Counted from the stretch's first letter, positions 1-9,940 are shown. The stretch: DNA of 61,418 nt from Oligoflexia bacterium (GCA_011087955.1 JAALKR010000010.1:1-61418); one strand, 5' to 3'. A program made the numbers and translations. The notes: a model not told the origin generated them from the letters alone.

Positions 1-2
1 CA

Positions 3-203
3 GACCCCAAAGAGCCGCCACTTCCGGCTTCGAGAACAGATCAACCCTCCCATCCAGAAGACGAAGAAGACCCAGAGCTTCGGCGTGTTCGTGAGAGTTG
101 CGAAGCGCAAGGGCTAATACCCACAGAAAAACACGGGCAGCCTTGGATTGGAGAAGTGCCGGGGTGGATGCGTCAGTTGATTCAGGGTGATCGGTCATCG
201 TAA
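3..203 (+). CDS. 3' end of a CDS truncated by the window edge (Pro/acidic-rich tail, unknown product)
   Basis: Open frame from 3 to TAA at 201-203 (DPKEPPLPASR...QGDRSS*); visibly GC-richer than the flanking DNA. Confidence 0.45.
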   Translation, partial: DPKEPPLPASRTDQPSHPEDEEDPELRRVRESCEAQGLIPTEKHGQPWIGEVPGWMRQLIQGDRSS

Positions 204-281
204 CCTCCGGCTGGTGAGGGGCGGGCCATTTAGCCGAGCCGGGGTCAGACCGTCAAGTTAAGTATGTAATCCCCCATTTTT

Positions 282-297
282 TGGCACTTTAATTGCT
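282..297 (+). promoter_or_regulatory. sigma54 (RpoN) -24/-12 promoter
   Basis: TGGCAC-TTTAA-TTGCT is an exact match to TGGCAC-N5-TTGCW, 35 nt upstream of ATG 333, with an AAGGAG RBS between. Confidence 0.8.
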
Positions 298-332
298 CCT
301 CTGCAAAATTATTTTTTGCAAAGGAGCAACTT

Positions 333-3248
333 ATGGAAAATCTATTCAGGAAAGTCAAACTTAGCCTACCGCTACTGCTACTAATCACAGGCTTAAGCGC
401 CTGCAACAAAGAGAGCGACAGCAGCGCAGCCTCTCAATCAACAATGGCAATGGAGGAGGGAACAGCAACAAATCTCTCTAAATCTCCCTCGATTTCTGGG
501 ACGTTACCCCAGACTTCAAGCGGTTCAGAATTTAAACCAGAAGTTTTTCGACTCAACTCCAATTGGGGACGACGAGGCAGGCAGTTACTGCGACAGCTTT
601 ATGGACTAGAGTTTGACCATAGCTTTAGGTCAACAAATACGTACTTCGTTCTACCTTGTTTCTTAATGGCTACCGAGATGTCTAAGATTCAGAAAGATTT
701 ACTTGTATCGATCGAACAATGTTTCGCTGCCATGACCGAAGTCAAAATTCTCGCGCACTCAGTTCTTATGCGATATCAAGATAGCAATTCTGGAGACCGA
801 CTGCGCAACGAAATTAGTGATGAGAAACTCATCATACGAATCAACGCTACCTCAGCTCTAATAGAGGCAACCAAGCATAGTAGCTCTAGAGAAATCGCAA
901 ATATACTTACCAATTCCGCTAATATAATCAATCTCGCTATGACTGAAGAAGCAAGTCTGGAAACAGTCTATTTTGGAATCCAAGAGCTCATTCTTCAATT
1001 ACAGGAAAAGCGCAGAAAAATAGGGGAAGCAATATTTGATCGATTTTATAGCGCTGATCCTGACCTGCAAAAGGCATTTCGCCAACAGACAATAAAGGGA
1101 CTGCTCTTTCTTGGAAAGAAGCGCTCTCAATTAAGCGAAGGTATCCCTCTTCCAAGTAATGAGTATTCAACGTTCCAAACGTTAGCCGACCTTTCCAGAC
1201 ATCAATTAATTGAACTAGAAAAGATCAGAGTTAATATATTGAGCCAAGATGCATCAGATAAGGCACTGCAAAGTCTTTTAATTCGTATGCCAGTCCAATC
1301 GGCTCAGATCGAGGCATCCATTATTGATACTAATCATAGACTCGAAATCTCTTCTGAAAGAATTCAGCGCACGCTTCAGAAACAGTCTCTCAACAAAGTC
1401 CATCGTTGGTTTGTTCGCCATGAGTCTGACTTTGAAGTCGGCCTTGCAGCTGTCATTTCACTGCTGGAAGCTCGAGAGCCACAAAAAGCAGAGCGCTTAC
1501 GAAAAATTGCTGGAACAGGGATAAAGCTCCACAATACGTTAATAGACATTGTTCGAAATGTAGGGAACTTACCATCCCTTCTTGCGATCACTATTCATTC
1601 CGCAGCAGATTTATTTGGTATAAAAAGCTCCACTGAACTAGAACGCTCATTGATCCTACAGCAGCTGGATATTGTTCATAGCAATCTGAGCAAAATCCAC
1701 ACAGAAATGTATGAGCGTCTTGGTCGCTTAGACTTTAGTTTGGCGCAAGCACTAAAGGGATTAGAAAAAATTCAAAAGATGCAAGTTCAAGAGTTTTCTG
1801 AAATCAAATCTCAATTATATGCATTACGTGAACAGCTTGCTAAACACGATAAAAGAATTCCAGGCACTGTGCGCCATATTCTAGAATCGGACTACTCACA
1901 GACGGAACGAGCGTGCCTTGGACCTAATAGCGCTCTTTTTGCTAGCGCTTCCAAAGTTTCTTCAGTTGAAGTTACAGCAGCAGATTCCTCTCCAGCTTCT
2001 TGCTTGGCTAATTTCGTTTCTCGTTCAAAGCAGAGGCTAGCAATAAGTGAAAATGATATTCCTAAAAGCTCATGGGATTCTTTACCAATTTTTCAATGCA
2101 AATACCTTGGCGTCTGTGATGGTGTATTGAATCCTAAAAATTGGTATTTAGGCGCTAATGCTTATTTGGACTATATATCAAAAGCTGGTTTAGTGAGTCG
2201 TCGCCAAGTAAATACTCTTCAAGAGTTAATAAATACGGGCGAAGAAATAATTCGAAACTGGCAATCGATGGGCTCCTTGGAGGCTCGTAAACAGGTTATC
2301 TTATTTTGGCAGAATCAAGCTCAGGAACTCCAAGAGTCGATTAGAGAAGGGATTCGAAACTATGAACTAGCCAATTTCCTTGGGATCAAAATGAATAAAT
2401 TAGCGATTGGGGTTTATGAAAACCATGACCCAAAGAACACTCCACTTGAAGTTGGCTATAAGCTAAAGCGAATGTCGATGCCGGATTTCATAGAAAGCCA
2501 TGTCGACTTCGGTAGGGGCTATACAGACTATAGGGAAGAATCGTATAAAATTCGCAATATAGGGACAATTGCATTGAGGTCTGGAACTAAAGCTTTTTGG
2601 GTTGAGGGTGATGGTTCTAAGACATTTCTAGGCTACTATAAAACATACAGTTATGCCGCTCGAAAGAGGTTCAATTTTGAATTCTGTGGTGATAGCAGAC
2701 GACGCCCCCGAAGATATCCGAAAAATAGAATTGACTGCAAAATTGCAGTTGTCGATCATACAATTGAACGCTTCATACGTATCATACGTAAAGAGAGAAA
2801 GAATTTCCAACCAGAGCCTACGCATATTCCAGCTCTACACAATGAAATTACTAAGAAACTGAGAGAACAATATGCTCCGGTGATCGCTGAATGGAAGAAG
2901 CATCAAACTGAAGCACTAAAAGAAGAAAAGACTCAAACGCTCTTGCATAACTGGGTACAGACGAGCAATCAGCTAAAGCAATATCGGAGATTTTTCTTTG
3001 AAGCAGCTTTGCAAGCTGAATCTATGCCTGATATCAGTAAAAGCAGTTTTGAACCGCTATGGGCGGAAGCAAGCTCAGTTAAGGATTACTTTGGGCTTGT
3101 CGACCACTTTATCGACAGCGACGTAGATTATCCGGCGCTGCAAATGTTCGAAGAGGAGTTGACGATGGCAAATTCTCTTGATCTCTCGAAAGCTCAGCTA
3201 CTTTTAGAAAAATTGCGTTGGGTATACGCCGAGGCAAATGCTCAATAG
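333..3248 (+). CDS. Large orphan lipoprotein, predominantly helical/coiled-coil
   Basis: 971-aa ORF with RBS; basic N-terminus, hydrophobic stretch and lipobox LSAC, followed by a Ser-rich linker; no recognisable family motif. Confidence 0.75.
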   Translation: MENLFRKVKLSLPLLLLITGLSACNKESDSSAASQSTMAMEEGTATNLSKSPSISGTLPQTSSGSEFKPEVFRLNSNWGRRGRQLLRQLYGLEFDHSFRSTNTYFVLPCFLMATEMSKIQKDLLVSIEQCFAAMTEVKILAHSVLMRYQDSNSGDRLRNEISDEKLIIRINATSALIEATKHSSSREIANILTNSANIINLAMTEEASLETVYFGIQELILQLQEKRRKIGEAIFDRFYSADPDLQKAFRQQTIKGLLFLGKKRSQLSEGIPLPSNEYSTFQTLADLSRHQLIELEKIRVNILSQDASDKALQSLLIRMPVQSAQIEASIIDTNHRLEISSERIQRTLQKQSLNKVHRWFVRHESDFEVGLAAVISLLEAREPQKAERLRKIAGTGIKLHNTLIDIVRNVGNLPSLLAITIHSAADLFGIKSSTELERSLILQQLDIVHSNLSKIHTEMYERLGRLDFSLAQALKGLEKIQKMQVQEFSEIKSQLYALREQLAKHDKRIPGTVRHILESDYSQTERACLGPNSALFASASKVSSVEVTAADSSPASCLANFVSRSKQRLAISENDIPKSSWDSLPIFQCKYLGVCDGVLNPKNWYLGANAYLDYISKAGLVSRRQVNTLQELINTGEEIIRNWQSMGSLEARKQVILFWQNQAQELQESIREGIRNYELANFLGIKMNKLAIGVYENHDPKNTPLEVGYKLKRMSMPDFIESHVDFGRGYTDYREESYKIRNIGTIALRSGTKAFWVEGDGSKTFLGYYKTYSYAARKRFNFEFCGDSRRRPRRYPKNRIDCKIAVVDHTIERFIRIIRKERKNFQPEPTHIPALHNEITKKLREQYAPVIAEWKKHQTEALKEEKTQTLLHNWVQTSNQLKQYRRFFFEAALQAESMPDISKSSFEPLWAEASSVKDYFGLVDHFIDSDVDYPALQMFEEELTMANSLDLSKAQLLLEKLRWVYAEANAQ

Positions 3249-3280
3249 GCAACATTCAATAACCAATATGCTGACCCATT

Positions 3281-3318
3281 AAGAGAAAAGTTTATGGACA
3301 GACTCTTCTCTTTCTTTG
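3281..3318. terminator. Putative bidirectional terminator hairpin between convergent genes
   Basis: AAGAGAAAAGTTT-ATGGAC-AGACTCTTCTCTT imperfect inverted repeat followed by a T-rich run. Confidence 0.5.
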
Positions 3319-3329
3319 CTCATCGATCT

Positions 3330-3851
3330 TTATTCACTGACCGGTAACCCATGAATTATCATATCGATTGTTCCGTCAATGGTCTGTATTTTTTCTCGTA
3401 ATAGTGAATAGTATACACTAATTGTCGAACCACCCTTTGGCAGAAACTCCTGCTGCAGCCCCTGGAATTTAAAGCGAACCGCCTCTTTTGCTTTTTCTGG
3501 CTGAACTTCTAAGGCAATTTTTACTTTCTGCCGCTCTTTCAAAAGGTTAGTAATGTGAATATCGATTTGCCCTTGGCCGTCAAAAGCCACACGATGAGCC
3601 ATAGCACTTGGGGCAATATCCATCTTTATTCTTGGGTCTACTTTAACGAGATACTGCACTAAAATTTCTCGCTCCACCGACTGACTCAAGCCCATTCCAG
3701 GCTCTTTATGCTTTGCCCTTCCAATAAAATAAATAACCACAACTAGGACCAAAAATACGGCCACTACACTGATAGCGGTTAAGGCCGTATTCTTATCTGT
3801 GCCTTTTGGGATGTCTTTATTGTCTTTTTTGTTGTATTGATTTTCACTCAC
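3330..3851 (-). CDS. Single-TM protein resembling Cox11/CtaG but lacking cysteines
   Basis: One TM helix followed by a beta-rich domain echoing Cox11 segments (ILVQYLVKVDP, EVQPEKA, QEFLPKGGSTISVYY); last gene of the cox operon. Confidence 0.55.
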   Translation of the reverse strand: MSENQYNKKDNKDIPKGTDKNTALTAISVVAVFLVLVVVIYFIGRAKHKEPGMGLSQSVEREILVQYLVKVDPRIKMDIAPSAMAHRVAFDGQGQIDIHITNLLKERQKVKIALEVQPEKAKEAVRFKFQGLQQEFLPKGGSTISVYYSLLREKIQTIDGTIDMIIHGLPVSE

Positions 3852-3878
3852 GGAGTAGGGGTCCCCCAGTTGCCAAAT

Positions 3879-4781
3879 TTAGCTTTGCACGAAGAGGTGC
3901 GAAAAGAGCACGGAGTCCATCAACAGGAACATAAATAGCGCGGTAATATAAATCAGCGATACCCAGAACAAATGCTTACAGTAGAGATGCTCTTTACGGA
4001 TAACCATTTCGATCGTCTTACCGAGGTATACTAGATCTGCAACCAAGGTCGTCGCTAAGAAAAAGGCTGAAGTTTCGCCCAGAAAATATGGCAGAGTCGA
4101 CACTGGGACTAACAACACTGTGTAGAGGAGGATGGAAATACGGGTATAGGCTTCCCCTTTTTTTACAGGAAGCATTGGAATGCCTGCTTTCGCATAGTCC
4201 TCTTTTAAAGTAATTGCGAGTGCCCAGAAGTGTGGGCAAGACCAAACCATAATAATAGCAAACAAAGACCACGCTAAAGGAGAAATAGTGCCTGTAGTAG
4301 CGGCCGAGGCCATAAGTGGTGCGGTCGCTCCCGCAATTCCGCCCCAAAATGTATTATGATGAGTCGTACGTTTCAGCCATTTTGTGTAGATTAAGGTATA
4401 GAAAAAAATCGTGAATAGACTCAAACCAGCGGCTAATAGATTCGCATGCAAAAGCATCATCATCACTGCGAGCACGCCAGAGGCTCCACCGACCCATAAC
4501 GCGACTTCAGGCTTAACTTTGCCCAGTGGAATAACACGCTTCAAGCGCGTTCGATCCATGATAGAATCAATATCTTGGTCAATAAACATATTAAAGGCAT
4601 TTGCAGAAGCTGCAGTCAAAGCCATTGCTGCTGAAACAATGAACCAAACCAAAGTGGTCGGCGCAGAGTACCCTTCCGCTACAAGCGTAATCAAACCAGT
4701 CACAGTGAACAGCACAACGATTCGCGGCTTCGTTAGGTTAAGGTAGTTTTTTACTGTCTGGCCGAAACTCAACATATGCAC
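3879..4781 (-). CDS. ctaB: Heme O synthase (protoheme IX farnesyltransferase)
   Basis: LTKPRI, NMFIDQDIDSIMDRTRLKR, LKRTT, W..PHFWALA, DYAKAGIPMLP motifs. Confidence 0.97.
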   Translation of the reverse strand: MHMLSFGQTVKNYLNLTKPRIVVLFTVTGLITLVAEGYSAPTTLVWFIVSAAMALTAASANAFNMFIDQDIDSIMDRTRLKRVIPLGKVKPEVALWVGGASGVLAVMMMLLHANLLAAGLSLFTIFFYTLIYTKWLKRTTHHNTFWGGIAGATAPLMASAATTGTISPLAWSLFAIIMVWSCPHFWALAITLKEDYAKAGIPMLPVKKGEAYTRISILLYTVLLVPVSTLPYFLGETSAFFLATTLVADLVYLGKTIEMVIRKEHLYCKHLFWVSLIYITALFMFLLMDSVLFSHLFVQS

Positions 4782-5697
4782 ATATCACTAACGATATTAA
4801 CGTCAATCCCACTCCTAAGTGCGTCACACTCAGTGGCGGCGGTATCCTCATGGATGTGAGCGTTCCTCCGAGCAGGATCATACCAACCCCAAGTAACCAT
4901 TGAATAACCAACAATACCCCGATAAAGCAAGGGAATCTTGACCAGTATACTGGAAAGCTTTGCCCGCCCTTTGTCGAAGGTTTCGATGGAAGAACATCTT
5001 TCCAACGAAACATGAAAAAAAGCAATGCCAGTGTGGCAACGATGGCTCCTAGACGATGAATAAACTGAATTCCTACACGACCGTCGAAGCCTGGAAACCA
5101 GAGGCTATTACAAGTTGGAAAATCAGGGCAGGCCAGCCCGGCGTAATTCGCACTCACGCTTCCACCCAACATTATCTGCACAAACAAGACAACAATCGCA
5201 AGCCAGGTGACCCGTAAAAACCCTTTGGAAGCTTGTATCCTAGAACCGACACGATTACCAGACTCAAGATGATAAGCATGACGTGTTGCAATTAAGAGCA
5301 AGGCGAAAATTATGACAGCTGTTCCCAAGTGCATCGCGACGATTTCTGCTTTTAACAGCTCTGTTACCGTCAACCTACCGAGGTTAATCTGCACACCAAG
5401 CAATAAAAATGCAGCTGTAATCCAAGGAGCTAAGGGCTTGCGAAACGCTTTCTTTGTCCAAGACCATACAAGAGCTATTACTAAAATGAGCCCAACAACT
5501 GAGGCAGCCAGGCGATGGAAGTACTCGAGCATAATTCGATACTCCATTGGAGGAATCCATTGGCCGTGGCAAAAGGGCCAATCGGGACAAGACAGTCCCG
5601 CCGATTCAGTACGAACCCACGACCCGAGCAGGATCGTAAAGAAAGTAAATACGATTAACGACGTCATCAGGCGTGGCATAGATCGAGGCGCCCCCAA
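4738..5697 (-). CDS. ctaA: Heme A synthase (Cys-containing type)
   Basis: GLSCPDWPFCHG, EYFHR, GLACPDFPTC, QFIHR motifs. Confidence 0.95.
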   Translation of the reverse strand: MGAPRSMPRLMTSLIVFTFFTILLGSWVRTESAGLSCPDWPFCHGQWIPPMEYRIMLEYFHRLAASVVGLILVIALVWSWTKKAFRKPLAPWITAAFLLLGVQINLGRLTVTELLKAEIVAMHLGTAVIIFALLLIATRHAYHLESGNRVGSRIQASKGFLRVTWLAIVVLFVQIMLGGSVSANYAGLACPDFPTCNSLWFPGFDGRVGIQFIHRLGAIVATLALLFFMFRWKDVLPSKPSTKGGQSFPVYWSRFPCFIGVLLVIQWLLGVGMILLGGTLTSMRIPPPLSVTHLGVGLTLISLVICAYVEFRPDSKKLP

Positions 5698-5733
5698 AAA
5701 AAATTAATAGATCGATAAATGTGGTTTATTCGC

Positions 5734-6558
5734 TTATTTTTTTTTCTCTTTCAGCATTTGGTCGATGGCAAGATCGATTGGAATTCCCTTGGATTGAGAG
5801 CTTGCTCCTCCCTCCTCACCGATGCTATCCTTATCCTTAAGAATGCTTGCGTATTGAGCATCAACTTTTCCATTGCCCTGTGGATCTGGAATTATTGTTC
5901 GAATGAAGTGGGTCAATGCTAAACGATCTTTTGGCGAAAGCATTGCTTGGTAACCGGCCATGCCTGTTCCTTTAATCCCACTCGTTAGCGTTACATAGAT
6001 CGACTGAACGGAAGTACCGTTTGTCCACGCGGAAGAGTTGTCTTCAAAGTTTCTAGGCTTTGGGTTGAGCGCTCCACCAGCGATGCCGTCGCCCTTCCCT
6101 GCATTACCATGACAAGTGGCGCAGCCGCCTGCTCCGAGATAAAGCTCTTTACCTTTAGCCACGAGATCTGGAGAGGGGCGTTCCCACTCTTTAATTTCGG
6201 CCATAGAAGCTGCTGCTGCCGCAGACTTAACCTCTGCATATTTTGTGCCTGACTCCCATTCTTCTCGGTAGCCTAGGTCTGCGCCAACAAAGAAAAAGAA
6301 GACCGCTAAGAAAGCAATTGTTGCGACCATCGTGCCTCGGTTAAGCGCTGAGTCCCAACGCAGGCCCATAAAGAAAAATAGAACCAAGCTAGCTTTTGCT
6401 GAAGCAATTGCCATTGCTACTGCAAGGTTAGCTGCCATCGACCCAAAATTGAAGTAGGAGACCCCGACCGTTATAGCCGTCAATACAAGCAATCCACCTA
6501 GGGTGAAATAGTAATAGCTTAGTGGAACTATATGATGGTTATCGTGTTTATCTGACAT
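5734..6558 (-). CDS. Cytochrome c oxidase subunit IV (caa3-type) fused to a class I cytochrome c
   Basis: N-terminal three TMs with AIASAKASLVLFFFMGLRWD; C-terminal CATCH, LNPKPRNF and GMAGY (Met ligand). Confidence 0.9.
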   Translation of the reverse strand: MSDKHDNHHIVPLSYYYFTLGGLLVLTAITVGVSYFNFGSMAANLAVAMAIASAKASLVLFFFMGLRWDSALNRGTMVATIAFLAVFFFFVGADLGYREEWESGTKYAEVKSAAAAASMAEIKEWERPSPDLVAKGKELYLGAGGCATCHGNAGKGDGIAGGALNPKPRNFEDNSSAWTNGTSVQSIYVTLTSGIKGTGMAGYQAMLSPKDRLALTHFIRTIIPDPQGNGKVDAQYASILKDKDSIGEEGGASSQSKGIPIDLAIDQMLKEKKK

Positions 6559-6585
6559 CGTTTGCTCCTACTTTCTACAGGCTTT

Positions 6586-7245
6586 CTACACGACTAAATA
6601 AAAAATTGGGAAAAGGAAGATCCAAATTAAATCTACCAAGTGCCAATAAAGTCCAACGAACTCAACTGCGCCGAATCGCTCGGCTGTCGTCTTACCAATT
6701 TTGATTCTGTACATAATCCACAGCAGACAAACCATTCCACCCACTACGTGAATTCCGTGCAACCCAGTCATCATAAAATATAGTGAGAAGAAGAGAGACT
6801 GTGGGTTCTCCGGAGTGCTCGGGTTTGCGGCAAATGAATATAAAGCGCCAGGAAGCAATCCCTCATGAATTTTGTGGCTGTATTCAAAATATTTCACCAC
6901 CATGAACGCGCCAGCCAAGAGGAATGTCAAAAAGAGGTTGAGCATCGCCTTGCCCATCTGGTTTCGCATCGTATAGGCAACACCAAGAACCATCGTCAGA
7001 GAAGAAATCAATAGAAAGACGGTGTTCAATGCACCAAGGTTTTTATCTAAGTGGTGGTGGGCCTCGCGAAATGTCTCCGGATACAGATAGTTATACATTG
7101 CAAATGCAACGAACAGACCGCCAAAGAGCATAAGCTCCTGCACCAAGAACAGCCACATACCGAATTTACAAGAGTCGAATTCATGCTCTTTCGATTTGAA
7201 CCACTGCGGGAACCCATATTTCTTAATATCCGCCTCTACGTCCAT
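6586..7245 (-). CDS. coxC: Cytochrome c oxidase subunit III
   Basis: GMWLFLVQELMLFGGLF, MTGLHGIHV, GLYWHLVDLIWIFLFP. Confidence 0.96.
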   Translation of the reverse strand: MDVEADIKKYGFPQWFKSKEHEFDSCKFGMWLFLVQELMLFGGLFVAFAMYNYLYPETFREAHHHLDKNLGALNTVFLLISSLTMVLGVAYTMRNQMGKAMLNLFLTFLLAGAFMVVKYFEYSHKIHEGLLPGALYSFAANPSTPENPQSLFFSLYFMMTGLHGIHVVGGMVCLLWIMYRIKIGKTTAERFGAVEFVGLYWHLVDLIWIFLFPIFYLVV

Positions 7246-7247
7246 TA

Positions 7248-8855
7248 TTAAGACCTCCCATATTCATATGGCCCGGCGTTTACAATTGGATCTTGAACGA
7301 AATTGTGTGTGATTGGGGGAGAGGCCGTATCTGTCCACTCCAATGTTTTCGAGCCCCAAGGATTGGCTGGAGCTTTTGCACCCTTCAGGGCTGAAATAAT
7401 CAAATTAGAGAAAGAGATAAATACACCTACTGCGATTAGCCATGCCCCAATTGTCGAAATTTGGTTTAGGTCTTGGAATTCTGGAATGTAGGAGAAATAG
7501 CGTCGAGGCATTCCGTTTGCGCCCAAAACGAACTGGGTGAAAAATGTTACATTAAAACCAATGAAGAAGAACCAGAAAGATAATTGCCCTAACAGTTCAT
7601 TGTACATACGTCCCGTATATTTCGGGAACCAATGGTAGACGCCAGCAAATAGTGCCGTTGCCGTTCCACCAACCATCACATAATGAAAGTGGGCTACTAC
7701 GAAGTAAGTATCGTGAAAGTGTTTGTCTGAAGAGATTGAGCCAAGAAATAGCCCGGTTAAGCCGCCAATGGCGAAGGTTAATAGGAAGCCAAGTGTGTAG
7801 AGCATGCCCGTTGTAAAGACGATAGATCCCTTATATAGCGTTGCTGTCCAGTTAACGATCTTAATCGCTGTTGGAATTGCTGTGAACATTGTCATTGCAG
7901 AGAACAAGGCGTTCGCCCACCATGATTCGCCAGAGGTGAACATGTGGTGTCCCCATACGAAGAAAGAAACGAGCGCTAACCCTATTGAAGAATAAGCAAT
8001 GGCATTGTAGCCAAAAATCGTTTTGCGCGCATAAGTTGTGATTGTCTCGGAGATGATTCCAAATGCTGGAAGAATCATAATATACACCGCTGGGTGTGAG
8101 TAGAACCAGAAGAAGTGCTGGAATAGAACAGGATCACCACCTAATGCTGGGTCGAAGAAGCCAATTCCAAGCGTGCGTTCCATTACAAGAAGAGCAAGTG
8201 TGATTCCCAACACAGGTGTGGCCACTACTTGCAGGAGGCTTGTTGAGTAGATCGCCCAAACGAATAGCGGCATTCGCATCCAGGTCATCCCCGGTGCCCG
8301 AAGCTGATGTACCGTCACCATAAAATTTAGTCCGGTAAAGATTGAGGCAAATCCCATAATGAATACGCCAGAGACCATGGCGATCACGGAAGTGCTGGTT
8401 TGAGCAGAATAGGGAGTATAAAAAGTCCAACCAGTGTCAATACCTCCACTAAGGACGCCATAAAGGTTGATCAACATTCCAATAACCAACAGGTAGTAAG
8501 AGAACAAGTTTAGCTTCGGGAAGGCAACATCTTTTGCTCCAATCATCAGTGGTAAACAGAAGTTCCCCAGGGCACCAGGAATTGCTGGAATAATAAACCA
8601 GAAAACCATAATCGCACCATGGAGCGTGAAAATTTGGTTATACGTATTGGCGTCAAAGAAATCCTTCATGGGCGTCCAAAGCTCTGTTCGAATCAACAAA
8701 GCAAATACACCACCAATTACAAAAGACATCAGTGTGGTGACAAGATAAAGCATGCCAATTCGCTTATGATCGTAAGTAACGATCCAGCCCATCAGGCGCT
8801 CAAAAAAGCTCTTACCTTTATATTCTTCTAAATAATTTACTTCATGCGCGCTCAT
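7248..8855 (-). CDS. coxA: Cytochrome c oxidase subunit I, A2-type
   Basis: DHKRIG, TLHG, GWTFY, FWFYSHPAVY (YS motif of the A2 family), WGHH, HDTYFVVAHFHY. Confidence 0.98.
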   Translation of the reverse strand: MSAHEVNYLEEYKGKSFFERLMGWIVTYDHKRIGMLYLVTTLMSFVIGGVFALLIRTELWTPMKDFFDANTYNQIFTLHGAIMVFWFIIPAIPGALGNFCLPLMIGAKDVAFPKLNLFSYYLLVIGMLINLYGVLSGGIDTGWTFYTPYSAQTSTSVIAMVSGVFIMGFASIFTGLNFMVTVHQLRAPGMTWMRMPLFVWAIYSTSLLQVVATPVLGITLALLVMERTLGIGFFDPALGGDPVLFQHFFWFYSHPAVYIMILPAFGIISETITTYARKTIFGYNAIAYSSIGLALVSFFVWGHHMFTSGESWWANALFSAMTMFTAIPTAIKIVNWTATLYKGSIVFTTGMLYTLGFLLTFAIGGLTGLFLGSISSDKHFHDTYFVVAHFHYVMVGGTATALFAGVYHWFPKYTGRMYNELLGQLSFWFFFIGFNVTFFTQFVLGANGMPRRYFSYIPEFQDLNQISTIGAWLIAVGVFISFSNLIISALKGAKAPANPWGSKTLEWTDTASPPITHNFVQDPIVNAGPYEYGRS

Positions 8856-8866
8856 TATTGCTCTCC

Positions 8867-9922
8867 CTACTTAAGCGTCTTCACATAGGCGATTAGATGA
8901 CGAATTTCATCATCCGAAAGTTGGCCTTTAAATGTGGGCATCGCTGGTGGATAACCCTTAGTGATGCGTTTCATTGGTTCAAATAATGATTCACGGAAAT
9001 AGTTCTCATCGACTTTAACTTTAGACCCGTCCTGAGTCTCTTCCATAGAACCCCATAGCCCCTTGAATGTGGGGCCGACTAAGCGCGATCCGTCGATAGA
9101 GTGGCAAGTGCTACAAGTTTTAGAGATAAAGAGTGCTTTCCCCTTCTCTGCCATGGGAATCATAGATGTCCCGCCGCTAGTGTTGTTGCTATTTGGTGGG
9201 TCAATCGCCCCTCTCGACGTATTATTACCGCCGCGGGTATCACTGCTGTTAGCCGCAATATTGGCACCAGCTTTCTTCACATAGTCTGGAATTTTCATTA
9301 AGCCATTTTTCCAATTTTGGAAATTTTCTTTACTAAGGACAATTACTTCGCCCATCATTCCGGAATGGTCCGTACCACAGTATTCTGCACAGAATAGGTT
9401 ATAAGTGCCCACTTTATTGGGAGTGAATCGAAGTGTAGTAAAGATCCCTGGCACCACGTCTTGCTTCGTACGGAAGGCAGGAATGAAGAATGAGTGCAAT
9501 ACGTCCTCTGATTTCATTACTAACTTAATCGGAATGTCGATCGGCAATACAAGTTGATTGGCAAGGCTAGCACCATGCTGGTACTGCATAGTCCAAGACC
9601 ATTGGCGACCAATCACGTTTACTTCATATTCGTCCATCTTCGGAGCAATTTGATAGCGGTAATCAATCAGGCCCCAAACAAAAATTACAGCCGAGATTAC
9701 AGCAATGATAAAGATGGAGCCCCACTCAATCCAATGGTTCCCATCAATGTAAGGGACTTCATCATTTTCCGTTCGTCGACGGTACTTAATTGTAAAGTAC
9801 AAGCCAAAAGCTGTGGTTACAGCGAATAAAATTATGGATGTAACGGTGAGAAAATTAAATAACGTGTCGAAGTTTTGAGCAGTGTCCGAAGCAATCGGTG
9901 CCACAAATCCTGCAAGCAACAT
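8867..9922 (-). CDS. coxB: Cytochrome c oxidase subunit II with C-terminal cytochrome c (caa3)
   Basis: DVLHSF, CuA motif CAEYCGTDHSGM, C-terminal CSTCH and MP. Confidence 0.97.
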   Translation of the reverse strand: MLLAGFVAPIASDTAQNFDTLFNFLTVTSIILFAVTTAFGLYFTIKYRRRTENDEVPYIDGNHWIEWGSIFIIAVISAVIFVWGLIDYRYQIAPKMDEYEVNVIGRQWSWTMQYQHGASLANQLVLPIDIPIKLVMKSEDVLHSFFIPAFRTKQDVVPGIFTTLRFTPNKVGTYNLFCAEYCGTDHSGMMGEVIVLSKENFQNWKNGLMKIPDYVKKAGANIAANSSDTRGGNNTSRGAIDPPNSNNTSGGTSMIPMAEKGKALFISKTCSTCHSIDGSRLVGPTFKGLWGSMEETQDGSKVKVDENYFRESLFEPMKRITKGYPPAMPTFKGQLSDDEIRHLIAYVKTLK

Positions 9923-9940
9923 AAGCCCTCTAGTCCTTTC

